DNA of 64,000 nucleotides. Origin: Limisphaerales bacterium. GTDB lineage: Bacteria > Verrucomicrobiota > Verrucomicrobiia > Limisphaerales > SIBE01. The position numbers and the translations under genes were made by a program. This document shows, one piece after another, positions 9,786 through 19,472 of the stretch. How positions within the stretch are numbered: position 1 is the first letter of the stretch; each line of letters starts with the position of its first letter. The notes below the pieces were generated by a model. The model was given only the letters and a program-made list of their open reading frames with translations, ran no database searches and was not told the origin of the DNA. The stretch lies in contig JBGAIN010000026.1 of assembly GCA_044225505.1 (NCBI GenBank), positions 1-64,000 of the forward strand. Direction: 5' to 3'.

Positions 9786-10385
9786 TCAAAGTCTCTCCGA
9801 AATCACTGGTGAATCAAGCTTGTCGCCTTCGCTGATGCGAAAGGTGCCCAGAACGACTTCGAACATCCGCCAGGCTTCCTCCTGATAGTTGCGATTGGCC
9901 GTGCAGCTGATCTGGAAAAGCGTTCCTTTGCTTGTGAAGCACAGCACCCGCTCGAATACCGAAACCCCAGCCGATGGCGAGTACTCTAGATCGAACAGAA
10001 CGCCGTTCCGGTCCCCTACCCCGCGGTCAATCTCGCTGCGGATCGTGCATTTCGGAAGCGAATTGATAAGGTCCTGCCGCAGCTCGGGCTTGGATCTTGG
10101 CCCAGAGACGGCCTGTGTTCGGATCCGCATCCAGAATTGGGAGTCAGGCCCTGTCAACTTCACCTCGCTGGTTGAGTTGGTATTTACCGAACACGACCGC
10201 GGCGGAACAAATGCCACCCAGTGGTTCCCCAGCTTAACTTTTACCGACGGATGTGCGACAGACTTGGCTGGAGCCAACTTGCTCGACGTCTCCGCTTCGA
10301 GCGCGCGTTGCCCAGCCTGGACGACATTGCCCAGAAAGCCGCTCTGCAAGACCGCTCCGACCAGGATTACAAAAGCAATTCGCAT
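9786..10385 (-). CDS. Hypothetical secreted protein, last gene of the pilin-like operon
   Basis: 199-aa ORF with signal peptide, starting 1 bp after the stop of the PilX-like gene. Confidence 0.7.
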   Translation of the reverse strand: MRIAFVILVGAVLQSGFLGNVVQAGQRALEAETSSKLAPAKSVAHPSVKVKLGNHWVAFVPPRSCSVNTNSTSEVKLTGPDSQFWMRIRTQAVSGPRSKPELRQDLINSLPKCTIRSEIDRGVGDRNGVLFDLEYSPSAGVSVFERVLCFTSKGTLFQISCTANRNYQEEAWRMFEVVLGTFRISEGDKLDSPVISERL

Positions 10386-10386
10386 T

Positions 10387-12162
10387 CTATTGCGTGCTAT
10401 AAGTCACAACACCCGGCGGTGGATTGCAGTAACTCGACCGAATCATCGCTCTCACGCGCGGCGTCGCCGGGGGTAACTTGTCCGGATTCGTAAAGTTTTG
10501 ATCGAAGTTAAAATCCCGAATCGGTGCGTAATAATAAACTCCAGGGCTTTGAAACTGGCGGGAAGCCTTAACGCTATTGAAGAGTTTCACCATCGACGTG
10601 TTCAAAGTAAGCTTGGTGCTATTCCCGTTTCCCCAGTCTTCGAGAAGCCGCGGCAGATTCATCACGCCACCGCTAAAGTGATCACTATCGGACGCCGTCG
10701 AATCGACGGCACCGGTAATAATAGCCGCGTTGATCGTGGTGTTGACGGCATCGTTCCTGGCCGTAAGTCCCAAGCCACTCAGAGCGTCATTCCAGTTCGA
10801 CGATAAGATGGTTAAAGCGTCCGAGGCCAGAGAGGCCGGAGCGGTCGTGCTCGTGTCGCTGGTGTTTCGGTAAGCCGGAGTTGGGCAGTTGTAGTTGCCT
10901 TTGATATAGAGCGGGTTGGGAGTAGCGATCGTCAATCCGTCCGGCGGCAACACTTCGGCATTGACCAAGCGCACGGCTGGGAAGGAGGTTGAGGTCGTAG
11001 TCCGTTCGTCATCAATATAGACTACCTCCACCGGGTTATTTAACGGGCTGCATTTGCTGGTCACGACCGTGTTGGTGGTGATCCATTCCTTAAACTTGCC
11101 GATGTTGATCTCCGTGGCCTGAACGTTCTTCCCTTCTCGCTGATCGTAAAAGGTTGCTGATGTGGATAAGAACGGGGCCGTGGCCGAGACCGCGATCGTG
11201 GAAGGACTTTGATCGGCCGGCGAGCTCCGGACGGTCACGGTAGTCCCGCCTGAATTCACCATGATTCGAAGCTGAGCGAGATTATAGTAGCGCTGCTTTC
11301 CCATTTCTGAGGTGGGGCTCTCGCCGTTCGGCGGTGGGTATAAGATCTCTCGCACTGCCGAAGCAGTGTTATCCACCCCAATTGGCAACGTGATTGCCGG
11401 GACACCCGTCATAAACCCCGGGAGCGGGGTCCCGTTGTAGGTGATATCCCCCGTATACTGCCCGGGCGTGTGCCCTCCCCAGGCTGCCCGCAGAATACGT
11501 CCCGTGGTCGTCACGACGCGGTCGAACGTCAGGTCGCAGGCTGATCCCACGTAGACGTCGCCATTGGCGTGAACTCGACCGCGCACGATCAACGGCGCCG
11601 CCCAAGTGAATTCGAGAAGCCCATTGTAGAAAATTGCGAATTGAAACACCGGAATCTCGGCCAACTGCACCTCCTCTTGGGCCGTTCCAATCACTGGTCT
11701 TCCGGGGATTTGCGCATTGGACACCACACGGTAGGTAGAAGCGAATCCGTTCAAACCCTTAAATTGGTTTTGGAGAGCAACATACGGTGGATTTGACTCT
11801 TGGGTAATCCTGGTCAAATACATATTTCCCGAAGTCCCTTGCGCATCATTAAAGGTAAATCGAGACCAAACACTGTCTTCCGCCGACGTGGGAATCGTGG
11901 TGCGGTATGAAGCCAGATTCGCCGCGACCCGCGCTTCCGCGTCGATCTGAAAATCCACCTGGATCCGTCCGAGAACTTTCTCCACCGCAGCTTCGGCCGC
12001 TGCCGTGGTTTCCGCATACTCGTTGCTCCGACGGTTCAACTCAGCGGTGGTCTGCGAAAACCGCATGAGCGATGCGACAACGTAGGAGGCAAGACCAGCC
12101 ATGACCATCACCATCATCAAGGCGTACCCTGCGGAACGTCGATTGGGAACACGTAGATTCAT
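10387..12162 (-). CDS. PilX/GspK-like large minor (pseudo)pilin with C-terminal beta-rich domain
   Basis: RRSAG|YALMMVMVM class III signal lacking Glu5; AAAEAAVE helix; PVFQFAIFY, GRVHANG and SGGVMNLPRLLEDW motifs. Confidence 0.8.
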   Translation of the reverse strand: MNLRVPNRRSAGYALMMVMVMAGLASYVVASLMRFSQTTAELNRRSNEYAETTAAAEAAVEKVLGRIQVDFQIDAEARVAANLASYRTTIPTSAEDSVWSRFTFNDAQGTSGNMYLTRITQESNPPYVALQNQFKGLNGFASTYRVVSNAQIPGRPVIGTAQEEVQLAEIPVFQFAIFYNGLLEFTWAAPLIVRGRVHANGDVYVGSACDLTFDRVVTTTGRILRAAWGGHTPGQYTGDITYNGTPLPGFMTGVPAITLPIGVDNTASAVREILYPPPNGESPTSEMGKQRYYNLAQLRIMVNSGGTTVTVRSSPADQSPSTIAVSATAPFLSTSATFYDQREGKNVQATEINIGKFKEWITTNTVVTSKCSPLNNPVEVVYIDDERTTTSTSFPAVRLVNAEVLPPDGLTIATPNPLYIKGNYNCPTPAYRNTSDTSTTAPASLASDALTILSSNWNDALSGLGLTARNDAVNTTINAAIITGAVDSTASDSDHFSGGVMNLPRLLEDWGNGNSTKLTLNTSMVKLFNSVKASRQFQSPGVYYYAPIRDFNFDQNFTNPDKLPPATPRVRAMIRSSYCNPPPGVVTYSTQ

Positions 12163-12170
12163 GGTCTAAA

Positions 12171-12746
12171 TCAAGGAGCGTGGCGAGTCGCTTTGAAGTT
12201 CAAGCGATAGTAATTGTAATAGCTATTCGTTCCGACGATCGTGTACGGATTCAAGAACTGATAAAACTCCAGATTTACCCCCACCACATAGTTGTAGTTG
12301 AGCGCGTCCGGACTCACCATCAGAACGTTCGACCCGGTGTAATCCTGGGCCTGAAAAAGCACACGATTCGTCAAAAAACTGGCGACCAGGGTCGTCCCGG
12401 TGGCGTTGGCCGCTTTGCGCCGCAACGTCGTCAGAAGAACCTGAATCGCTTTCCCTTCCTGCGCAGTCCCGCTGACCACTTCAACGAATGAGGTGCTGTT
12501 GCCGGAACCAATCTGGATGTCGCGCGCCATTCGAATGTCGTTGAGCAGCTGATTAATGCCTTTCCGCGATTGATTGTTCATGCCGAGCTTGGATCGCGTG
12601 AGAAGGTCCTGGCGCATCCCAAAAGCGGTGATGGATGCCAAACCGAGAACAATAAAGCTGAAAATACTGAGAGCGATGAGCAGTTCAGGAATCGTGAAGG
12701 CTCGCCGGAACGTGGGGTAAAGTCGGGCTCTCATAGTCAATTTCAA
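12171..12746 (-). CDS. Prepilin-type N-methylation protein (PilW/GspJ-like minor pilin)
   Basis: RRA|FTIPELLIALSIF prepilin motif; start overlaps the stop of the upstream gene. Confidence 0.85.
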   Translation of the reverse strand: MKLTMRARLYPTFRRAFTIPELLIALSIFSFIVLGLASITAFGMRQDLLTRSKLGMNNQSRKGINQLLNDIRMARDIQIGSGNSTSFVEVVSGTAQEGKAIQVLLTTLRRKAANATGTTLVASFLTNRVLFQAQDYTGSNVLMVSPDALNYNYVVGVNLEFYQFLNPYTIVGTNSYYNYYRLNFKATRHAP

Positions 12747-13189
12747 TTAGGCGCCCGATAGCTCGAAAGTCGGTTCGTGAAGTACTTATCGCGAAATCGC
12801 CAGACCGTACTGACGGTGATCAGTTTCAAGCTCACCGGTGGATTGGTCGAAACGGTGACGGTTCGCACCGCGATATAGTTCGTTGCCCAAAGCACATTCG
12901 TCCCTCGAATCGGCAGGTCGAGAATTGCCGTCGTCTGGGTTGGTAGGTTGGTTGTCTCGTCCACCACTGGACTGCCTCGAACGTCCCACGTTGCCGCTCG
13001 AAACTGTTCGACTTGAGCAACCGCGAGACTCTGCGCGGCAATGGAGTAACCGCTCCACTCGGTTTGTCGGGACATGGCGATATGGCTTTGAATAAGGCCG
13101 GCGAAGACCAATCCCATGATTGCCGACGCGACCAGCACCTCTAGCAGTGTAAAGCCACGGCTCGTTGAATAAGGCAAGCGGCGTTTCAT
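12743..13189 (-). CDS. Prepilin-type N-methylation protein (PilV/GspI-like minor pilin)
   Basis: SRG|FTLLEVLVASAIMG motif; AQSLA...E helix; C-terminal KLITVSTVW. Confidence 0.88.
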   Translation of the reverse strand: MKRRLPYSTSRGFTLLEVLVASAIMGLVFAGLIQSHIAMSRQTEWSGYSIAAQSLAVAQVEQFRAATWDVRGSPVVDETTNLPTQTTAILDLPIRGTNVLWATNYIAVRTVTVSTNPPVSLKLITVSTVWRFRDKYFTNRLSSYRAPN

Positions 13190-13572
13190 CCCGCCGCCAT
13201 ACTCATCATCCCGCTGAGTTGTTTACCCATCTCCCGCCAAAACGAATCGCATTCACCGTTAAGCTCCTGCTTGCCCTGTCTCGAAAATCGGCAGGGGTTC
13301 GCTGCTTTTAGACATACGCAAAGACACTGCTCGAGCCAACGAGTCTCGCCCTGAACCGGTCCCTTCGCGGTAGATTGCGCCGCCCGGCCGTCAGCGGCTC
13401 GGGGAGAGTCGAACGAGTCCGAACTCTGGTTGGCTCTACGGGATCGAAGCATTAGTCGGCATCTCAGAACGGCAGGTTCCAGCTGAGTGAAAGGTCTGAC
13501 CGGCCGTTCCGGTCTGACAAAGACACTAGCGGCGACGAAATGATCCTTGGTCCTGCGCATAGCGAAAGAAAA

Positions 13573-13588
13573 GCAGGCCTAATGCCAA
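13573..13588 (-). promoter_or_regulatory. Candidate sigma-54 (-24/-12) promoter for the pilin operon
   Basis: Minus strand reads TTGGCATTAGGCCTGC (GG-N10-GC) and faces the pilin genes. Confidence 0.45.
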
Positions 13589-13797
13589 GCCCTCTGCCAA
13601 GTTAGCGCTCTACTTTTCCGCATGTCGGTCGCTCTCCGGGGCCTGCCCCAACCCGCGAGCCGCTCAACCATCGACAAGGTTAGACAACCAAGAGACAAAC
13701 ACGCCACTTGATCCCGGATTGTCTCTCACGTAGTAGTTGAAGCCGAGCAGAGAACGACCGTCGTAAACAGCAGTTAGAGCCCAAACAACCCGCCATC

Positions 13798-14610
13798 ATG
13801 AACGCCTCGCGAAACAGAAGGAAGGACCCTGTCTTGGACTTGCTCGGAGCGATTCCTAACCGCCTGCAGCTCGCGGGAGGATGGATCGATCAACCCTTCG
13901 TGTCGCGGCACAACCCTAAACCGCCCGGTTCAATGGTTGTGGTGCAGATCGAACCCAATTTCAGACCCATGGATCGCTCCGGGATCGCCAGCGGAACACG
14001 CGCTGTCGCCGCCAAGATCTGGCACGGCCGATTGCCTCGCCGGCGGGCGAAAAGCCTGGTCCGAGAATTGTATGAAGCGGAGAACCGAGGCAAATCCGAA
14101 CCCAGCGGCTCACAAGACATGATTGGCCTGATTTACCCGGGCGTCAACCGGCTCGATTATGACGCTTCCGTGCAGGATGGAGTGTTCCCAGCTCACATCG
14201 AATCGTGCACTCAGGCCCGAACTGCGCGTTGGCTCGAGTCGGTGCTGCACCTTTTGCCGATCGAACCTCGGCCAGACGGCTATTCCCCCCTGCGAAAACA
14301 AAACCTTGAACCGAAATGGGTGGCCCAGCTCGGTCAATCGGGAAAGGATTGTTATGACGCCATTGTGCGCCGGGACGCGGCCTCGCTCGGTGACGCGCTC
14401 AACCTTAACATGCGTTGCTGGGAAGCACTCCTCCCCCACACCGTTCGAGATCCACTGATTAAGATCGATTTGCTCCGTCTCCTTAAGGCATACCAAAGCC
14501 GATATCTCGGAGCGATGTATTCCGGGTGCGGTGGCGGCTATCTGATTGTGGTTTCCAAAGAACCGGTTCCTGGATCTTTCCAGGTGAACGTGCGACTGCC
14601 ACAATCATGA
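13798..14610 (+). CDS. Divergent GHMP-family sugar kinase
   Basis: PNRLQLAGGWID (motif I), RSGIASG (P-loop variant), SGSQD and YSGCGGGY (motif III). Confidence 0.7.
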   Translation: MNASRNRRKDPVLDLLGAIPNRLQLAGGWIDQPFVSRHNPKPPGSMVVVQIEPNFRPMDRSGIASGTRAVAAKIWHGRLPRRRAKSLVRELYEAENRGKSEPSGSQDMIGLIYPGVNRLDYDASVQDGVFPAHIESCTQARTARWLESVLHLLPIEPRPDGYSPLRKQNLEPKWVAQLGQSGKDCYDAIVRRDAASLGDALNLNMRCWEALLPHTVRDPLIKIDLLRLLKAYQSRYLGAMYSGCGGGYLIVVSKEPVPGSFQVNVRLPQS

Positions 14611-15431
14611 GCTCGCCAACTTCCGTGGTCCTGACCGGACCGTTTGACAACCTTCAAGCACGTCAAATACGGCTGCTCGAAGAAGCAGCGAAACTCGGGT
14701 CCTTGACCGTGCTCGTCTGGCCGGACGAAACGGTCCGAGAGATCACCGGACAAGCTCCGAAGTTTCCGATGTCAGAACGGGTCTATTTTCTCAATGCCGT
14801 CCGGTATGTCGACCGAGTGGTCACAACGCCATCGCCGTTCAACGGCGATACCATACCCCCTCTGGACGACATCGTCCCTGAGATCTGGATCGATCCGGAA
14901 GCCGGATTTCGCCGAGCGCGTCTCGAGTTTTGTCAAACGCACGGGCTAGAATATCGGCTATTGCCAGCCTCGCAGATCGACGGGTTTCCCGAGCCTATGC
15001 CCAGGGCCACTCCCCCAGGCCGCAAGCGGATCGTGGCCACCGGCTGCTATGATTGGTTTCACTCGGGCCATGTCCGCTTCACGGAAGAAGCCAGCCAGTA
15101 CGGCGATCTCTACCTCATCGTAGGGCATGACGCCAACATCCGTGCCCTGAAGGGGGAGGGCCATCCCTTGTTGCCGCAAAACGAGCGACGTTACATGGTC
15201 GGGTCGATCAAATACGTTAAACAAGCTCTCATCTCCACTGGAGATGGGTGGTTGGACGCGGCGCCGGAAATTGCACAGATCCGTCCGCACGCTTACGTCG
15301 TCAATGAGGATGGAGACAAAGGAGGCAAGAGGGACTTCTGCGAAAAGCACGGGATCGAATACATTGTTCTGAAGCGCGTCCCGGCTCCTGGATTGCCACG
15401 CCGCAGCAGCACCGAACTGCGCGGTTTTTGA
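14607..15431 (+). CDS. Tandem cytidylyl/adenylyltransferase-family protein
   Basis: C-terminal domain has ATGCYDWFHSGH (HxGH) and RSSTELR; N-terminal domain is degenerate (TGPFDNLQARQ); ATGA overlap with the kinase stop. Confidence 0.85.
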   Translation: MSSPTSVVLTGPFDNLQARQIRLLEEAAKLGSLTVLVWPDETVREITGQAPKFPMSERVYFLNAVRYVDRVVTTPSPFNGDTIPPLDDIVPEIWIDPEAGFRRARLEFCQTHGLEYRLLPASQIDGFPEPMPRATPPGRKRIVATGCYDWFHSGHVRFTEEASQYGDLYLIVGHDANIRALKGEGHPLLPQNERRYMVGSIKYVKQALISTGDGWLDAAPEIAQIRPHAYVVNEDGDKGGKRDFCEKHGIEYIVLKRVPAPGLPRRSSTELRGF

Positions 15432-15559
15432 TCGCAATGAGCGACGGCCAAACTGAGAGTTGCTCAGTGTCGGCTGCCCCCGACAACGACGGGCGAGAAA
15501 AGATTGTAATTCCCTGCGACTCGATCAACTTTAACAAAACCACCCCGAAATGTAGTCGC

Positions 15560-16882
15560 ATGAAATCAACCAATGCCATCACTCAGATGAACCGGCGCGA
15601 TTTTCTCAAGCGCACTGTTCGGACCACCTCGATCCTCGGAATCCCGCTGATTGTGCCGGCGCGAGTGCTTGGCCGAAACGGAGCCGTTGCGCCCAGCGAA
15701 CGAATTAACTTCGCTGGAATCGGGTTGGGACCGCGAGGGCAGTACGATCTCAGCGTCATGCTGCCGGAGAAGGACGTTCAGTTCGTCGCCATCTGCGATG
15801 TCCAGCGAAGCCGGCGAGAGCAAGTAAAGCGAATGGCCGATACCCATTACCAGAACGGCGATTGTGCGATGTATCGGGATTTTCGTGAACTGCTCGCGCG
15901 GCCGGAGATTGACGCTGTACTCATTGCGACGGGCGATCATTGGCACGCCTTGGGTTCACTGATGGCCGCGCAAGCTGGCAAGGACGTCTATAGCGAAAAA
16001 CCGTGCGGCTTGACCATGGGTGAAATCCAGGCATTGGCAGACGGAATCCGCCGCTATGGCCGGATCTACCAAGCTGGGACCCAGCGTCGGAGCGTGAACA
16101 ATTTTCAATACGCCGTCTATCTGGCGCACAGCGGCAAACTAGGCCGGCTTCATACGTTGCATGCGTCGGTTTACGTGCCCTCGAAGAGCTACGCCTGGTT
16201 GCCCGGTGAACCAGAACCGTCGCGAGAAGAGTGTGACTGGGATCTTTGGCTCGGGCCGGCCCCATGGCGGCCCTATAACAGCCGCTATGTGTCGGGCGGT
16301 TGGCGTGGGCATCACGATTTCGAAGCGGCCGGTAACTTCCCAGACTGGGGCGCACACACGGTGGACCTCTGCCAATGGGCCAATCGGTCTGACACAACCA
16401 CACCGATTGAGTACGAAGCTACCCCCACCAGCATCGTGGGACGGTATGCGAACGGTGTAAAACTGATTTGCGATTTTCTGCCAACGGCTTTCGGCGATCG
16501 ATCCCCTCAGTATAAAACGTCCACGGGAACTTGTCCGGTCCGCTTTGAAGGGGATGAAGGTTGGGTCGAGACTGGGGATAACGGCGAGATCGTTCTTTCC
16601 CCGAACCTGGCTCGGACGTTACGCCGAGACTTTGCTGGGACCGGCCTTAGCTCAGCAGGGCATGGACGCAACTTCTTTGATTGTGTCCGGTCCAGAGGCC
16701 GAACGGTTTGCAACGAGGATATCATGCGCCGCTCGCATCTGACCTGCTTCGCTGCCCAACTCTCGTGGCAACTCGGACGCAAACTAACCTTCGATCCGGT
16801 CAAAGAGGAGTTTGTGCACGATGAAGAAGCGAATCGGATGCGACGGCGCGCAACCCGCGAACCCTGGACCTTTACCGCATGA
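15560..16882 (+). CDS. Tat-exported Gfo/Idh/MocA family oxidoreductase
   Basis: NRRDFLK twin-arginine signal; GIGLGPRG, IATGDHWH, GKDVYSEKP, DWDLWLGPAP and DWGAH motifs. Confidence 0.93.
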   Translation: MKSTNAITQMNRRDFLKRTVRTTSILGIPLIVPARVLGRNGAVAPSERINFAGIGLGPRGQYDLSVMLPEKDVQFVAICDVQRSRREQVKRMADTHYQNGDCAMYRDFRELLARPEIDAVLIATGDHWHALGSLMAAQAGKDVYSEKPCGLTMGEIQALADGIRRYGRIYQAGTQRRSVNNFQYAVYLAHSGKLGRLHTLHASVYVPSKSYAWLPGEPEPSREECDWDLWLGPAPWRPYNSRYVSGGWRGHHDFEAAGNFPDWGAHTVDLCQWANRSDTTTPIEYEATPTSIVGRYANGVKLICDFLPTAFGDRSPQYKTSTGTCPVRFEGDEGWVETGDNGEIVLSPNLARTLRRDFAGTGLSSAGHGRNFFDCVRSRGRTVCNEDIMRRSHLTCFAAQLSWQLGRKLTFDPVKEEFVHDEEANRMRRRATREPWTFTA

Positions 16883-16900
16883 CCTGAACCAAGCCAGACC

Positions 16901-19411
16901 ATGAAGATCCCCACTCTTTTTCGTTGGAAATACGTGGTAACGTTACTTGCTTGCTGCGTGGTGGCGGGCGCTCTCGCTGCCGATCCGGGCGAGCGCACCC
17001 GAGCTCTCACGACCGTCGTTCAATCGGATACATCCCTATTCGAGAAGGCCAGGGCTTGCCAGCAACTCGGAGAGATCGGGACCTCAGACGCAGTAACCGT
17101 CCTGGCGAAACTCCTCGACGACCCAAAACTCAGCGCGTTTGCCCGGTCGGGGCTCGAAGGAATTCACGACGCGAGCGCAGCCGCTGTCCTCCGCGAAGCA
17201 ACAACAAGAGTGCGAGGGGCGCTACTCGCGGGCGTCGTCAATTCACTCGGGACGCTCCGCGACCCGCAGGCCGTTGGAATGTTAACGAAGCTGGCCAAAG
17301 ACGCTGGCGCTGGCGTATCCCGAGAGGCCTACCTGGCCCTAGGAAACATTTCGACCCCGGAATCAATCCGCGTATTGCGCGAGGCGTTGGCAGGGGAGAC
17401 GGGCTCCGAACGTGATCCCATTGCTCACGCGTTATTGCTCGCAGCTGACCAACAGCGCGCTGGGGGCAACCTGGAATCGGCACGAGCACTCTTCGACGCA
17501 GTTCGATCACCTTCTTTTCCAATGCCCGTTCGAGTGGGTGCAACCCGCGGTGCGATTCTCGTTCGAGGAGATGATCAGGTCGATTTTCTCATGGAACAGG
17601 TGCGATCCGACGAACGCCCCATTCGCAACGCCGCGCTGCTAACGATGCGGGACATCCGTGACGAAGCAGTGGCCTCCGCACTGAACGCCGAGGTCCGTAC
17701 GGCGTCGACCGATTTACAGGAACAACTTCTGCAAGCGCTTGCAGACCGACATAACGATGCCTCGATTGCGGTGATCGCCGAATTGACCGAAAGCCCAACT
17801 CCGGTGATTCGGCGAACGGCCTTAACGATTCTCGGACAACTTGGCGCAAAAGCCGCCCCAGCCCTGCTCGAAGCGCTGCAAAAATCGCGCTCTTCGGACG
17901 AGCGCACTACCGCTCTGAATGCATTGCGAACCATGCCAGGATCTCCGGTGGATGAGCTCCTTAGGCAATCGCTTCGCTCGGCCATCGCCCCTGCCCTGCG
18001 AATCGATCTGATCCAACTTATGGAAGCTCGATTTGTCAAGCAAGCGGCGCCTGATCTGATGCCGCACGCCGTGGGCGCAGACAGGCCTGTCAGCGTGGCC
18101 GCGTTGTCTGCGCTCCGAATCCTGGGAAATCCCGAGCAGGTGCAAGGGCTCATTGCCCTGGGGCGATCGACCGGCGACGAAGAGCTAAAAGATTCCTTGG
18201 AAGAGGCTTTGTCGGGGATTTGTCGTCGATCGGGCCACGCTTCTTGCCAAGCGGTGCTTGCCGCGCTGGAGGGTGCCGCCGACACCACTGAGCGCAACCG
18301 CTGGATCCGCGTTCTAGCCCGAGGCGGATGCCCCGATGCGCTGCCAGCAATTGAAAAAGCCGCGGGGGATCCAGACCCCGTCGTCGCGGACAATGCCTTA
18401 GCCGAACTGGGAAGGTGGCCCGACCCCGCGCCTGTCCCGGTGCTTCTCCGGGCCATGGAGTCCGCCGCCACCCCATCTTTGCGCCAGCGCGCCTTGAATT
18501 CCCTCTTGGATCTCGCTGCCGCGGCTGTGGACGAGGCTTCTGTTACCCCGTCGGAAGCAATCGCCTGGCTGCATCGCACTGTTTCCTTCGCTCGGTCAAC
18601 GCCAACGAAAGTCCGCGTTTTAGGAATTCTTGCCCGAGTGCCAGCGCCAGAAGCGTTTCAGATATTGCGCTCATTTCTGAATGATCCTGGCGTCATCAAC
18701 GAAGCCGCTTCGGCCTTGCTGCAGATCGCACCGTCCTTAGCCCGAAGCGAGGAGGCGGACGCGGTTCGTAATGCCCTCGAGAGCGTTGCTGCGACCAGCC
18801 CGGACTTTCGTGAGCGAGCCTTGCGGGCGGCGCAGAGCATCCCCAAAGGAGCGCCTATTGTCCGACTATTTGATGGACAGTCGTTGAGGGGCTGGGAAGG
18901 CGATCTCAACGTGTGGCGAGTGCGCGACGGGGTCATCGTCGGCGGAAATATGAACGGGAACCCTCGCAACGAGTTCCTCGCAACCGTCCGGCCTTATACC
19001 AATTTCATCCTCCGATTGGAATACAAGTTGGTCGGGACGGAAGGATTTGTGAATAGTGGAGTCCAATTCCAGAGTGTGCGGATCGATAATCCGCCTAACG
19101 AAATGCGCGGCTACCAAGCCGATATCGGCGCCGGATTTTCTGGCGTTTTGTATGATGAATCCCGGCGAAACATGATCTTGTCGCGAGTGAGCGAGGCTAC
19201 CATTAAGAAAATCGAGCGAGTTGGTGAATGGAACCGTTACGAAATCCAATGCGAGGGACGACATATTCAGCTCCGCCTAAACGGTGAAAAGACAGTCGAC
19301 TACACTGAGCTGGATACCAGCTTGCCGCTTAGCGGCTTGATCGGGCTGCAGATCCATGGTGGAAATAAAGCTGAAGTTTCATTCCGCAACCTCACCGTTC
19401 AGGAATTCTGA
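16901..19411 (+). CDS. HEAT-repeat protein with C-terminal DUF1080 (3-keto-disaccharide hydrolase-like) domain
   Basis: Signal peptide; Ala/Leu-rich HEAT repeats; LFDGQSLRGW, NSGVQF, GYQADI, GEWN and GLIGLQIH motifs. Confidence 0.9.
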   Translation: MKIPTLFRWKYVVTLLACCVVAGALAADPGERTRALTTVVQSDTSLFEKARACQQLGEIGTSDAVTVLAKLLDDPKLSAFARSGLEGIHDASAAAVLREATTRVRGALLAGVVNSLGTLRDPQAVGMLTKLAKDAGAGVSREAYLALGNISTPESIRVLREALAGETGSERDPIAHALLLAADQQRAGGNLESARALFDAVRSPSFPMPVRVGATRGAILVRGDDQVDFLMEQVRSDERPIRNAALLTMRDIRDEAVASALNAEVRTASTDLQEQLLQALADRHNDASIAVIAELTESPTPVIRRTALTILGQLGAKAAPALLEALQKSRSSDERTTALNALRTMPGSPVDELLRQSLRSAIAPALRIDLIQLMEARFVKQAAPDLMPHAVGADRPVSVAALSALRILGNPEQVQGLIALGRSTGDEELKDSLEEALSGICRRSGHASCQAVLAALEGAADTTERNRWIRVLARGGCPDALPAIEKAAGDPDPVVADNALAELGRWPDPAPVPVLLRAMESAATPSLRQRALNSLLDLAAAAVDEASVTPSEAIAWLHRTVSFARSTPTKVRVLGILARVPAPEAFQILRSFLNDPGVINEAASALLQIAPSLARSEEADAVRNALESVAATSPDFRERALRAAQSIPKGAPIVRLFDGQSLRGWEGDLNVWRVRDGVIVGGNMNGNPRNEFLATVRPYTNFILRLEYKLVGTEGFVNSGVQFQSVRIDNPPNEMRGYQADIGAGFSGVLYDESRRNMILSRVSEATIKKIERVGEWNRYEIQCEGRHIQLRLNGEKTVDYTELDTSLPLSGLIGLQIHGGNKAEVSFRNLTVQEF

Positions 19412-19472
19412 CCCCGCCACGCCTTCATTCAGCGCCGGAGCTCGCTCGCCAATGGAGCGGTCCGGGCTGAAA

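Noticed and set aside
13186..13560. 124-aa ORF upstream of the pilin genes
   Set aside because: Arg/Ser-rich composition typical of non-coding GC-rich DNA. It overlaps the pilin start, so it is not fully excluded, but it is unsupported.
17575..18579. 334-aa antisense ORF
   Set aside because: Shadow of the Ala/Leu-rich HEAT gene.
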